From Gammaproteobacteria bacterium (GTDB lineage: Bacteria; Pseudomonadota; Gammaproteobacteria; GCA-002705445; GCA-002716945), in assembly GCA_045561295.1 (NCBI GenBank), contig JBJKYD010000001.1:1-48250 (forward strand): a stretch of DNA of 48,250 bases, given 5' to 3'. Below, piece by piece: positions 32,816 to 45,519 of the stretch. The notes under the pieces were generated by a model. That model made no database searches, had not been told where the DNA came from, and worked only from the letters and a program-made list of their open reading frames with translations. A program made the position numbers and the translations under genes. Positions within the stretch are counted from its first letter, which is position 1, and every line of letters starts with the position of its first letter.

Positions 32816-33702
32816 TTTTCCTCAGGCCTAGTTATCCCAAAATAAGATAAGCTTGCACTCGCTATAAAGATAGAAGAATAAGTCCCAATTATTATGCCTA
32901 TTAGCATTGCGATAGCGAAGTTTTCTACAGCATTACCTCCAAACATTAACAACGATATTATGACCAATAGTGTAGTCAGTGATGTTACAAGCGTTCTAGA
33001 TAGAGTCTGATTTATCGATTTATCAAGAACGTCAAATATTGAAAGTTTCCTAAGTATGATATTGTTCTCCCTTATACGATCAAAAACAACAATCGAATCA
33101 TTTAGTGAGTAACCTATTACAGCTAAAATTGCAGCTAGGACACTAAGGTCGAAGGTTAGATTGAAAAACGAAAATATTCCAAGAGTAATTATCACATCAT
33201 GCACTAGTGCTGATATAGCGCCTAATCCATAGATCAGCTCGAATCTTAGAGCAACATAAATAAGAATGCTAAATAGTGCGATTAACATTGCCCATTCTCC
33301 TTTATCTCTTAATTCGCTACCTACCTGTGCTCCAACGTATTCAAGTTTTGTTATAATAAAAGTATCATCTTTAAAGATTTCATTAATATAATTATTAATG
33401 TTTATTTTTTTAAATATTTCTTCATCTCTAAGCTTTATTAATATTTCACTACTAGAGCCATATAACTGAACTGAAACATCGCTTAAGTTGTTTTCATATA
33501 GTTTTTCCTGAACACCTGCAACCGTAACCTGATTGTCAAATTTCAGCTGTACAATGTACCCACTTGAAAAGTCTATGCCGAAATTAAAGCCTTTCACTGC
33601 TATACTTGACAAAGAAATAAATATTAAAAGAGCAGATATAATTAATGGAACTCTTCTAATGTTCATAAATTTAATATCTAAATCTTTGACAATTCTAAAC
33701 AT
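32812..33702 (-). CDS. secF: Protein translocase subunit SecF
   Basis: GIDFSSG, VG.ELR, HDV, GYSLNDSIVVFDRIRE, GTYSSIF. Confidence 0.98.
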   Translation of the reverse strand: MFRIVKDLDIKFMNIRRVPLIISALLIFISLSSIAVKGFNFGIDFSSGYIVQLKFDNQVTVAGVQEKLYENNLSDVSVQLYGSSSEILIKLRDEEIFKKININNYINEIFKDDTFIITKLEYVGAQVGSELRDKGEWAMLIALFSILIYVALRFELIYGLGAISALVHDVIITLGIFSFFNLTFDLSVLAAILAVIGYSLNDSIVVFDRIRENNIILRKLSIFDVLDKSINQTLSRTLVTSLTTLLVIISLLMFGGNAVENFAIAMLIGIIIGTYSSIFIASASLSYFGITRPEEN

Positions 33703-35485
33703 TATATAGACAGTCCTTTGTTATTTTTATTTTCGTAAATAATACTTACTATAGCTCTCGTCCCAACGATTGCTGTAAACATTGAGGATAGTATTCCTAT
33801 GACGAGAGTGACAGCAAACCCTTTCACAACGCCAGTGCCTATGGTTAGTAGAGCAATCGCAGCTATTAACGTAGTAACATTTGCATCAGAGATAGTTGAG
33901 AATGCTTTATTATACCCAGAAATAATACTAGCATTTGGGCTGTTCCCATTAAGGAGTTCTTCTCTTATCCGTTCATATATGAGTACATTAGCATCTACGG
34001 CCATTCCAACTGTCAGTACAATTCCAGCTATACCCGATAAAGTCAACGTAGCCTGGAATAATGATAATGTTGCAGTAATTATTAAGATGTTAACTATTAA
34101 AGCTATGTTTGCTACAAAGCCAAATTTTTTATAATAAATAAACATAAATATAATAACTAACATCATCCCTAATGCCATTGAGTCTCGTCCTGAGATAATA
34201 TTTTGACTACCCAAGCTAGGTCCAACTGTTCTCTCTTCTACTATAGCCATTGGTGCACTCAATGAACCTGACCTTAAAAGTATTGCTAAATCTTTAGCTT
34301 CTTGAAGATCGAGGCCAGTAATTTGAAAACGCTTGCTGAATGCCTCTCTAATTGTAGCAACATTAATGACTTGATTTTTATCTTGTTCTACAAAGACTAC
34401 TGCCATCCTATTTCCAATATTTCTCGAAGTAGTCTCTAACATATTAGAAGCGCCAAATGAACTTAAGTTAACAAAGACAGCCGGCTGATTAGTCTGACCG
34501 TCAAAACCTGAATTTGCTCCTTCAATATCTTTGCCAGAAGCAATTACATTTCTTGAAAGCAAGATTGGCGAACCATTTTTATGTCTGTAAAGTAGTGATT
34601 CACTGATGGTATTTGTTCCCGCTGCTAGTGATTGATTCCAATCATCAGGAGACCCTTTTGTTAATCTGAATTCAAGAGTTGCTGTAGAGCCAAGTATATT
34701 TTTAGCTCTTGTCGAATCTTGAAGTCCTGGTAGCTGAACTATTATACGTTCTTTTCCTTGTTGTTGAATAATGGGCTGAGAAACTCCAAGTTCATTCACT
34801 CGCGATCTTAGAATAGTGATATTCTTTTTCATTGAGGCTTTAATATCATTATCTAATGATTCTTGAGATAAGTTGGCAATTATATCCAGTCCATCATCTG
34901 AGTCAGTAGTGATTATTTCATAGTCTGAAAAGTTATCTTCAAGTGCAGTCATAACTTCTGGATCAATTATTTTATTCGTTAAATTGAAAGTGACTTTTTC
35001 ATCATTACTTACAAAGCTGCTATACCTTATGCCATTATCAATGAAAAAATTCCTAAGATTACTCTCTAGTTGATTCACTCTAGATTTTTTTACATTTTCA
35101 CTGTCTATTTGAAGTAAGAAATGAACACCTCCTTTTAAGTCAAGGCCCAATGAGACAGGGTTTGCATTAATAGCACTCAACCATCGAGGAATTTGATTAT
35201 AATTACTAAGTGTATACTGATATAATTTTTCTTGAGCTAATTTATTGTATGCTTTTAGTTGATTATCTATCGATTCAAAAAAGATACTGTTTCCATCAAC
35301 ACCAATATTAGAAATTTTATGTTTGTTTGAAAGCGTTAATAACTCTTCCTGAGATATTTCCTTGTTCTCGAACGTTGTAACATTAATAGATGGGTATGTA
35401 TTATAAAAATTAGGTAATGAATAAATTACTGCATAAGTTAAAACTATCAGTACTAAAATATATTTCCAGGTTGGATACTTATGCA

Positions 35486-35486
<1 letters not shown>
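33702..35486 (-). CDS. secD: Protein translocase subunit SecD
   Basis: LGLDLKGG, RVNELGVS, VGPSLG, GMAVDANVLIYERIREE. Confidence 0.98.
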
Positions 35487-37921
<2,435 letters not shown>

Positions 37922-38018
37922 AGGGCTGAATTATAGATCATCATCATTGCAAATTAAAAAGAAATTTGTTACAAAGTAGATAGTTCATAGATTCAATCAA
38001 TACACAAAGGAGTGTTAC

Positions 38019-38462
38019 ATGGCATTAATAAAAGGTTTCCCTCATGATGGTATCGTTACCATTAATCGTGTAATTCTTAAAAAAGGTCGTACTTTAGACG
38101 AACTACAAGAAAGAGTAGCTTTGATGTGCGAAAATGTAAAAACATATCACTCAGAAACTGGTTTCATAGGGGGCATGGTTGTTTTGAACAGTGGACAAAT
38201 ATCAAATGAAGGAAGTAATTTAGGCAAAGCTTTAGAAAGTGATCTAAAGGACAAGGAAGCTCTTATAATAACTTATTGGAAATCATATGAAGAACATGAA
38301 AACTCTCATAAAAGTGATAAGTTCCAACCTTTATTCCAAAAAGTAATAGATCTTTGTGAAAATGGAAATGAAGAAATAGTCTATGATATGCTCTGGCAAG
38401 GTGAGGCATATACACCTGAGATGGCTAAAATGGCTCAGTCTGCGAAAGAAGAAAACAGCTAA
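38019..38462 (+). CDS. Uncharacterised dimeric alpha+beta barrel-like protein, putative half-length sulfur oxygenase reductase homologue
   Basis: Strong SD (AAAGGAG); VTINRVILK, MC37, GFIGG, TYWKSYEEH93ENSH97, GNEE119IVY. The ORF is secure; the function is an inference. Confidence 0.65.
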   Translation: MALIKGFPHDGIVTINRVILKKGRTLDELQERVALMCENVKTYHSETGFIGGMVVLNSGQISNEGSNLGKALESDLKDKEALIITYWKSYEEHENSHKSDKFQPLFQKVIDLCENGNEEIVYDMLWQGEAYTPEMAKMAQSAKEENS

Positions 38463-38656
38463 ACTATTGGCGGGTTCTTTTTATTAGTTCTTTTATGGCG
38501 TCCGCCAATTAACTTATGCTTTTTTAATTTTTCATCCAGTTCTTCTAGTGTTGTATCTTCTAAACGAATATCTCTAGAGAGTAAAAACTGTTTTTTAAAA
38601 TATATGACTCCGAATATTACGAGAACAATGAGAACAATATATGTGATATAATCCAT
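38459..38656 (-). CDS. Small single-pass membrane protein, hypothetical
   Basis: MDYITYIVLIVLVIFGVIYFKK hydrophobic helix plus basic tail; fills the gap between the preceding gene and the tRNA. Confidence 0.65.
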   Translation of the reverse strand: MDYITYIVLIVLVIFGVIYFKKQFLLSRDIRLEDTTLEELDEKLKKHKLIGGRHKRTNKKNPPIV

Positions 38657-38693
38657 TATTCTATAATGATAACACATAAATAAATAATATTAT

Positions 38694-38777
38694 GCCACTG
38701 TGGTGGAATTGGTAGACACGAGGGACTCAAAATCCCTTTTTCGCAAGAAAGTATCGGTTCGAGTCCGATCAGTGGTA
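38694..38777 (+). tRNA. tRNA-Leu(CAA), CCA not encoded
   Basis: Acceptor GCCACTG/CAGTGGT + A; D-arm GTGGAATTGGTAGACAC; anticodon arm AGGGA-CTCAAAA-TCCCT; long variable arm TTTC-GCAA-GAAA; T-arm ATCGG-TTCGAGT-CCGAT. Confidence 0.96.
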
Positions 38778-38786
38778 TTTAAAAAA

Positions 38787-39818
38787 ATGTTTGAGTATAT
38801 TGAAAAAAGTTTGAAAAAAAGAGGTATTGAACTAGATTCATCACAATCAGATTTGATTCATAAAATGATTGAATCTATTCAACCTGAAAAAGATTTATCA
38901 AATAAATTAGAAAATAAAGATTCTAAGAAAGGATTCTATATATGGGGAGATGTTGGAACTGGCAAAACTATAATTACAAAAACCTTTATTAATTTATTAA
39001 CAGAAAGAAAAGCATCATTCCATTATATGGAGTTTATGCAGATTATACATGATGAATTATCAAGCTTGTCTGGTAAAAAAAATCCTTTAAACATTATAGC
39101 TAGAACTTTAAGTAAACAATCTAAGGTTATATTTATTGATGAATTTCAAGTTGAGGATATATCAGATGCTATGATTATTGGAAGCTTACTAAATCAGCTT
39201 ATTAAATTAAATGTTACTCTGTATTTAACTTCTAATACACATCCGGATGAATTATATAAAAACGGACTACAGAGAGAGATATTTATTAGTGAGATGAAGA
39301 TTGTTCAAGCTTCAATTAATCTATATAAAATGGAAGGTTTGATAGATTATAGATCAAGAAATATTGTTAATATGAATAGGCAAAATGTAAATCAAAGTTA
39401 TAATGATGAAGACATTGTAAAGTTTTTGAAAAATAATTTTGAAAATTTAAATTTTAACAAAGAGTTTTGTGTTAATTCTAGAAATTATAGTTGTAAAGCA
39501 ACATCTAGCGATTTTTTATGGATATCATTTTCAAATTTCTTTAGAGAGCCAAGTGGTGACAAAGAATATATTGAGATATCTGAAAACACTGAATGGATAT
39601 TTATAAATGACTTCATTTCATGCAATGATGATTCAGTAGATATTATTAGAAGGTTTATATCATTTATAGATATTTGTTATAGAAATAAAATAAAAATTAA
39701 ATTCTTTTTTAATAACTACTCATGTAATGATCTATATACAGGTGATAAACTAAAAGAGCTGTGGCAAAGATGCAATAGCAGACTAAATGAGATGCAGACA
39801 TTGGAATATTTAATATAA
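38787..39818 (+). CDS. zapE: Cell division ATPase ZapE (AFG1 family)
   Basis: KGFYIWGDVGTGKT, FIDEFQVEDISDAMI, TSN..PDELYKNGLQR, RRFI..ID..Y, R..SRL.EMQ. Start ATG 38787; the track's 38700 start lies inside the tRNA. Confidence 0.94.
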   Translation: MFEYIEKSLKKRGIELDSSQSDLIHKMIESIQPEKDLSNKLENKDSKKGFYIWGDVGTGKTIITKTFINLLTERKASFHYMEFMQIIHDELSSLSGKKNPLNIIARTLSKQSKVIFIDEFQVEDISDAMIIGSLLNQLIKLNVTLYLTSNTHPDELYKNGLQREIFISEMKIVQASINLYKMEGLIDYRSRNIVNMNRQNVNQSYNDEDIVKFLKNNFENLNFNKEFCVNSRNYSCKATSSDFLWISFSNFFREPSGDKEYIEISENTEWIFINDFISCNDDSVDIIRRFISFIDICYRNKIKIKFFFNNYSCNDLYTGDKLKELWQRCNSRLNEMQTLEYLI

Positions 39819-39833
39819 AGTGAGAGGATTAAA

Positions 39834-40826
39834 ATGAAGAGAACTTTTATATGTGGTGTTGGTAACGCGCTTGTGGATAGTGAATATAGAATTACTGACG
39901 ATGAGCTTGTAAGACTTAATCTAACAAAAGGCTGCATGGAACTTAATGATATGGATAATCACAAGAAACTAAGCAATCAGCTTAGAGAGAAATATGGTGT
40001 TGTGAAAATGATGCCCGGTGGATCAGTTGCAAATTCATTATATGCACTTGCTCAATTCGGTGAAAATGTGACGTTCTCTGGAAGAATCTCCAGAGATAAT
40101 GTAGGTGCGACATTTGAAGAATCATTAAAGTTTATTGGAATGCAATCAGCTATTAAACAAGTGGATAATGGAATAACTGGAGAATGTATAGTAATGATCA
40201 CGCCTGATCATGAGAGAACAATGTATACCTATCTTGGCGTCTCATCTGATTTATCCATAGAGGATATCTCAAAAGAAGCTATTATGGAGTCAGAGTATCT
40301 CTTAATTGAAGGTTATCTAGTTACCTCCGATGAAACAAATAACGTTGCAAAATATTGTCTCGATATAGCGAGTGAGAATAATATTAAAAAGATTATTACT
40401 TTATCAGATCCAAATGTAGTGAATTTTTTCAAAGATAATATGTTGGAATTGATTAATAAGAGGTTTGATATTATATTTTGTAATAAACAAGAGGCATATA
40501 ATATCTCTTCAACAGATAATATTGATGCTGCTATAGAATTTCTTAAAAAATTCTCTGATGAAATAATAATTACATCTGGCAGTGATGGTGCGTATGTTTA
40601 TTATGAAAATAATATTAAACATGAGTCGTGTGATGATGTTATACCCGTTGATTTAACAGGCGCAGGAGATATGTTCTTAGCTGCATATCTTTTATCAAAA
40701 GCCAAAAACAAAAGTATTTCTGAATCTATAAAGTTTGCAAATAAATGCTCTGGAAAAATTATTCAAAAATATGGTGCTAAGTTTGATAGTGAACGTGAAT
40801 ACAAAGAGCTCTATTCGGATCTATAG
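39834..40826 (+). CDS. PfkB family carbohydrate/nucleoside kinase (adenosine kinase-like)
   Basis: GVGNALVD, GGSVANS, ERTM.TYLG, EGYL, DLTGAGDMF. Confidence 0.92.
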   Translation: MKRTFICGVGNALVDSEYRITDDELVRLNLTKGCMELNDMDNHKKLSNQLREKYGVVKMMPGGSVANSLYALAQFGENVTFSGRISRDNVGATFEESLKFIGMQSAIKQVDNGITGECIVMITPDHERTMYTYLGVSSDLSIEDISKEAIMESEYLLIEGYLVTSDETNNVAKYCLDIASENNIKKIITLSDPNVVNFFKDNMLELINKRFDIIFCNKQEAYNISSTDNIDAAIEFLKKFSDEIIITSGSDGAYVYYENNIKHESCDDVIPVDLTGAGDMFLAAYLLSKAKNKSISESIKFANKCSGKIIQKYGAKFDSEREYKELYSDL

Positions 40827-41498
40827 AGAATTGACAATTCTTTGAAGTTCTTTGTTTGGATTTGAACTCTGTGTGATACTTCTTCCTATAACTAAATAAT
40901 TCGATCCTAGTTTTAGAGCTTCTTTTGGAGTAATAATTTTATGATGATCATCAGTATTATTATCAGTTCTTATACCAGGTGTTACAAATATTTTATTATC
41001 TGCTCTAAGTATATCAATATCATATGGTGAACACACAAAGCCATCTACATTTGCATCTATACCAATATCTTTTAATCTTTTTAGTTGATCTAATCTTTTG
41101 TGCCCATAAATCTTTATGCAATCATCATCTGTTAAACTTGTTAGAACAGTAACTCCTATTAGTATAGAATTGGATTGACAGTCCTTCTTCGCTTTCATAG
41201 CTGCTCTAGCCATATCATAGCCACCAGACAAATGTATATTTAACATCCAAACATTTAGTGAAAGAGCAGATATGCATGCTTTATAAACCGTCGTTGGAAT
41301 ATCATGAAATTTTAAATCTAGAAAGATTTCAAAACCCTTGTCATGGAGTTCTAATATAGTTTTAGGACCATACTTAGTAAAAAGTTCTTTTCCAATCTTA
41401 AGCCGGCAAAGATTTGGATCTATGTTGTCAATAAATTTTAATACATCTTTATCGTTATTATAATCTAATGCAACAATAATCTTTTTAGAATCAATCAT
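40821..41498 (-). CDS. pyrF: Orotidine-5'-phosphate decarboxylase
   Basis: IVALD, FLDLKFHDIP.TV, VTVLTS, VTPGIR, VIGR.IT. Confidence 0.98.
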   Translation of the reverse strand: MIDSKKIIVALDYNNDKDVLKFIDNIDPNLCRLKIGKELFTKYGPKTILELHDKGFEIFLDLKFHDIPTTVYKACISALSLNVWMLNIHLSGGYDMARAAMKAKKDCQSNSILIGVTVLTSLTDDDCIKIYGHKRLDQLKRLKDIGIDANVDGFVCSPYDIDILRADNKIFVTPGIRTDNNTDDHHKIITPKEALKLGSNYLVIGRSITQSSNPNKELQRIVNSL

Positions 41499-42648
41499 TA
41501 ATTGCTATCTTATCACTGATTGTATTTGTCTTAAATGTTTCCCAATGATTACATGATGGACATTGCCATATATGATTTTTTACAGAGTGTCCACAATTAC
41601 TGCAGCTGTACGTTAAGAAGTTTTCGCGAATAAGAGCTAATAAATCTAAATTAGTTTTTGACTCATTACTGCTCATAATTTTTTCTGAGTATAAATTATC
41701 AAATATATCTGCAAATACATTATTTTTTATTCTATTTAGATATTCACTTGGCGAACAATAATCATTAACATTAAACATAAATTCATAAATTTGAGGTGAA
41801 AATTGATCCTCATTAGAAAATTCAAGAATAATATTAGAAATCCTTTTATCAATATCTCTATCTTGGTGGATAGTAGATAATTCGATTATTTTATTTGATA
41901 ATATCACTAGAAAAGAGGAATCTAAACGCACGAGATTGAGAAGATTATCTAAAGCACTATTTGGATTAGATTGGATATTTAATTCAAATAACATTAAATA
42001 TGATCTTCTACAAGAATCATTAATATTTAACGCTTTTCTTAATACCGTGATGGCTTTGTTCAGCTGATTATCCTTTTGGTATTCAAACGCCTTTTCACAA
42101 TAGTACTGTGAGATTAAATGATTAATTGAAAGATTTCTTATTTTGTCCTTTTTGATATTTTTAGTTAACTTGATAGCCCTGTCCCAATCTTTTGAGAGCT
42201 CATATATCAATAAGAGATATTCTGAACATGATTCTTCATATGATTTATTAACTTGTAAATTGAGTAGTATTTTTTCAGATTTATCATAAAGGCCAGCAGA
42301 GAAGAAATCTTTGCCAAGCTCATAAAGAGTTTGATTTTTAATTCCTCTGTCTAGTTTTGGTCTTGATAATAGATTTTGATGTATCAAAATGGCCTTATCA
42401 AATTCTCCTCTTCTCCTATAGACGCCACCTAATGCTAAGTGTGTTTCAATGGTAGAACTATCTACATCTATAAGATCAGTAAATATTTTAAGAGCTTTGT
42501 CATCTTCATCATTTAAAAGATAGTTAAGTCCTCGATAGTATTCTGCACTATATACATTATTTGATAAGCTTTCTTTTTGATATTTCTTTGTTGTTAGAAA
42601 AATAAAAAGAAAAAATATGACAATCAGTATAATAAGAATTTCTATCAT
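41491..42648 (-). CDS. lapB: Lipopolysaccharide assembly protein B
   Basis: TM, Y..GLNYLL, ETHLALG..YRRRGE, TPRs, rubredoxin CSNCG...WQCPSC. Confidence 0.95.
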   Translation of the reverse strand: MIEILIILIVIFFLFIFLTTKKYQKESLSNNVYSAEYYRGLNYLLNDEDDKALKIFTDLIDVDSSTIETHLALGGVYRRRGEFDKAILIHQNLLSRPKLDRGIKNQTLYELGKDFFSAGLYDKSEKILLNLQVNKSYEESCSEYLLLIYELSKDWDRAIKLTKNIKKDKIRNLSINHLISQYYCEKAFEYQKDNQLNKAITVLRKALNINDSCRRSYLMLFELNIQSNPNSALDNLLNLVRLDSSFLVILSNKIIELSTIHQDRDIDKRISNIILEFSNEDQFSPQIYEFMFNVNDYCSPSEYLNRIKNNVFADIFDNLYSEKIMSSNESKTNLDLLALIRENFLTYSCSNCGHSVKNHIWQCPSCNHWETFKTNTISDKIAIND

Positions 42649-42941
42649 TCAGTTCCATCTCTTAATGGATTTCTTCTAAGATTATCGAGTTCCTCTTGAT
42701 TGTTTTGAAGTGATATTTTCATTTCACGATATTTTCTTTTATATGAGAAGACTATAGCAATAAGATATATTGATGTTGTAACTACACCTGCTATAAAAGA
42801 GTAAAGAATTATAATGGATAAAGGTAGTTCATAACTTTGTAAATAAAAATTAATTTTTGTAAGGTCAATGTTATAAGTGGATATTATAACTGAAATAATA
42901 ATTAATATAGATGTGAATATTAAAAAGAATAGTCTACCCAT
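42645..42941 (-). CDS. lapA: Lipopolysaccharide assembly protein A
   Basis: Two TM helices plus coiled tail ending LR..P; ihfB-lapA-lapB synteny. Confidence 0.85.
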   Translation of the reverse strand: MGRLFFLIFTSILIIISVIISTYNIDLTKINFYLQSYELPLSIIILYSFIAGVVTTSIYLIAIVFSYKRKYREMKISLQNNQEELDNLRRNPLRDGTE

Positions 42942-42978
42942 GTCTATATTCTAATGTAATTTAACGAAATTGAATAGA

Positions 42979-43257
42979 TTATATATTATTAACTCTAGAC
43001 TTAAGTTCTTTGCTAGGTTTGAAATGTACAGTGTTCCTGCTTTCTAGAGCAATCTTATCACCAGTTTTAGGGTTTCTTGCTATGCGTGGCTTATGTGCAT
43101 GAAGACAAAATGTGCCAAATCCTCTTATTTCAATTCTATCGCCCAAGTACAGGTTGGAACTCATGTAATCAATAATTTTTTTTATTGAATACTCAGTATC
43201 AGCTAAACTAAGGCTGTTTTTGTCAGAAACAAGATTAATAATATCAGATTTATTCAC
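42979..43257 (-). CDS. ihfB: Integration host factor beta
   Basis: NKSDII, GDRIEIRGFG.F, ARNPKTG, HFKPSKELK.RV; GTG start at 43257 overlapping the rpsA end. Confidence 0.94.
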   Translation of the reverse strand: MNKSDIINLVSDKNSLSLADTEYSIKKIIDYMSSNLYLGDRIEIRGFGTFCLHAHKPRIARNPKTGDKIALESRNTVHFKPSKELKSRVNNI

Positions 43258-44825
43258 TATCACTGGATAATGTGCAAACCACTTGAAAGCTTTTCTTGTC
43301 AATTGATTTTATATTGCATTTTATAGATTGAGCTACTGCTAATGTATTATTTTCTAACACATCACGCAGTTCTTTTTGAAGAAGCTTAAGTGTACCATTA
43401 AGATTATTTTCTAGTTTTAGGTAAACGCCAGTATCAGAAATACTAACTATATTAGCAGTTATCTCAGACCCGACTTCAATACTATCTGTAAGTGTATCAA
43501 AATTTGCTTCAACAAATTGCTTTAGCCCAAGAGATATCCTCTCTCTTTCGGCATCAATAGACAGAACGATTGTCTCTATCACATCGCCTTTTTTATATGA
43601 TCTAATAAAATCTTCTGGTTTACCAAGGTTTGTGACATCAGATATGTGAACTAATCCGTCAATGCCACCCTCAAGGCCGACAAAAATACCGAAGTCTGTA
43701 ATAGATTTAATTTCACTTTTAATTACATCGTCTTTATTATGTTGAGACGAAAAATCTGACCATGGATTTGGCATGCATTGTTTATAACTCAAAGATAGTC
43801 TTCTTTTTTCTTCATCAATCTCAATAACCTTAACGTTTATTTTATCTCCAAGGTTAAGTACTTTTTTAGGACTTATATTTTTGTTGGTCCAATCAAGTTC
43901 AGACGTTCTAATCAAGCCCTCAATACTATCTCCAAGATCAACGAATACACCGTAATCAGCAATATTTACAACTTTGCTTTCGTATGATGAATTAAGTTCT
44001 ATATTAACCTTCTACTTTATCCCAAGGGTCATCAGTCAGTTGCTTCATACCGAGACTCACTCTATTTTTTTCATGATCAAATTTCAGAACCTTAACATCA
44101 ATCTCGTCTCCAACTTTCAATATTTCTTGTGGATGATTGATACGCTTCCAAGATATATCTGTGATATGAAGTAAACCGTCCATACCACCCAAATCAATGA
44201 AAGCCCCGTAATCTGTTAAATTTTTAACAAACCCTTTAGTTACATTTCCTTCTGCATATTTTTCTTTAATTTCTTCAGAACTTGAATTTTGATCTAGTAA
44301 TACTGCCTTTCTTGATAAAACAATATTATTTCTAATTTTGTCCATTTTGATAATTTTGAAATCTAATGTTTTACCCTCTAGATAATCAGTTTCTTTGGTT
44401 GGTCTTACATCAACTAGTGATCCGGGAAGAAATGCTTTTACATCCATTAGCTCAACAGTGAACCCTCCTTTAACCTTACCGCAAACTTTACCTGGGACAA
44501 TTTCTTGATTTTTTAATAATCCTTCTAATGTCGACCAAACTTTTTTACGTTTAGCCTTATCTCTAGAGAGGATTGTTTCTCCGTATCCGTCTTCAACTAA
44601 ATCAAGAGTAACTTCAACTACATCCCCAATGGCAACTTCGAGTTCTCCATTTGAATTGATGAACTGACTTTTAGGAATTATACCTTCAGATTTGAGACCT
44701 GCATTTGTGATAACGAAGTCATTTTTTATATCAATAACTGTTGCAGGGATGATTTCACCAACTGTCATATTCAATTGTGAGATATTTGATTCTAGCAGTT
44801 GTTCAAATTCTGATGTTGTGGTCAT
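43250..44825 (-). CDS. rpsA: 30S ribosomal protein S1, one frameshift near 44005
   Basis: AGLKSEG, AFLPGSLVD, DGLLHITD, GIDGLVHISD; removing one T in GGTTAAT restores ...EGNIELNSSYESKVVNIADYGVFV (about 524 aa). Confidence 0.96.
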
Positions 44826-44838
44826 ATATTATATTCAA

Positions 44839-45519
44839 TTAATTGTTTGTTATAGTATACAAATTTAATATTTTATCAACAATTGCATCCGGTTTTAGAT
44901 GAGAAGTATCTAATATATGTGCACCTTTAGCTATTTTAAGGGGTGATATGTCTCTATTTATGTCACTATCATCTCTTTTCTTAAGAGAATCATAAATATC
45001 CTGATAATGAACATCATCACCTTTATCTATAAGTTCTTCATATCTTCTTTTGGCTCTTATATCAATTTCAGCTGTAATATATATTTTTAATTGTGCATCT
45101 TTAAATACTTCCGTGCCCATATCTCGACCGTTAGCAATTAACCCATTGCCTTGAATGCATGAATGTTGAAGATTGTACATACTCTCTCTTACTTGAGGAA
45201 TTTTTGAGACTATTGATGCAGCTAAACCAATATTTTCATCATAAAGAAAAGAGTCAATTATTTTGTTTTTATAATAGACTTCATACTCATGAGAGTTAAT
45301 ATTTGGTTTTAATGAAATTTTGGATACTAATCCAGGATAGTCTTCGACCATATCAATTGAATCATATATATCACATGCAATGTAACCTGCTGACCTATAT
45401 AATTTTCCACTATCTAATAATTTAAAGTTTAACTTTTTTGCAAGTAATCTTGAAATTGTAGATTTCCCTGAGCTACTAGTGCCGTCAATAGTGATTATAC
45501 AAGTAGGATTAGAGTTCAT
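44839..45519 (-). CDS. cmk: Cytidylate kinase
   Basis: ITIDG.S.SGKST, LDSG.LYR, GRDMGT.VF, RD..D..R.ISPL. Confidence 0.97.
   Translation of the reverse strand: MNSNPTCIITIDGTSSSGKSTISRLLAKKLNFKLLDSGKLYRSAGYIACDIYDSIDMVEDYPGLVSKISLKPNINSHEYEVYYKNKIIDSFLYDENIGLAASIVSKIPQVRESMYNLQHSCIQGNGLIANGRDMGTEVFKDAQLKIYITAEIDIRAKRRYEELIDKGDDVHYQDIYDSLKKRDDSDINRDISPLKIAKGAHILDTSHLKPDAIVDKILNLYTITNN

Noticed and set aside
38694-38777. tRNA-anchored integrative element or prophage
   Set aside because: No integrase, no duplicated tRNA 3' end seen, and core genes resume immediately.
38700-38786. N-terminal extension of ZapE (MVELVDTRDSKS...)
   Set aside because: This is the translation of the tRNA-Leu gene.
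43990-44010. rpsA split into two S1 half-proteins
   Set aside because: A single-base deletion restores a continuous S1, and the second part lacks a proper start at the domain boundary.
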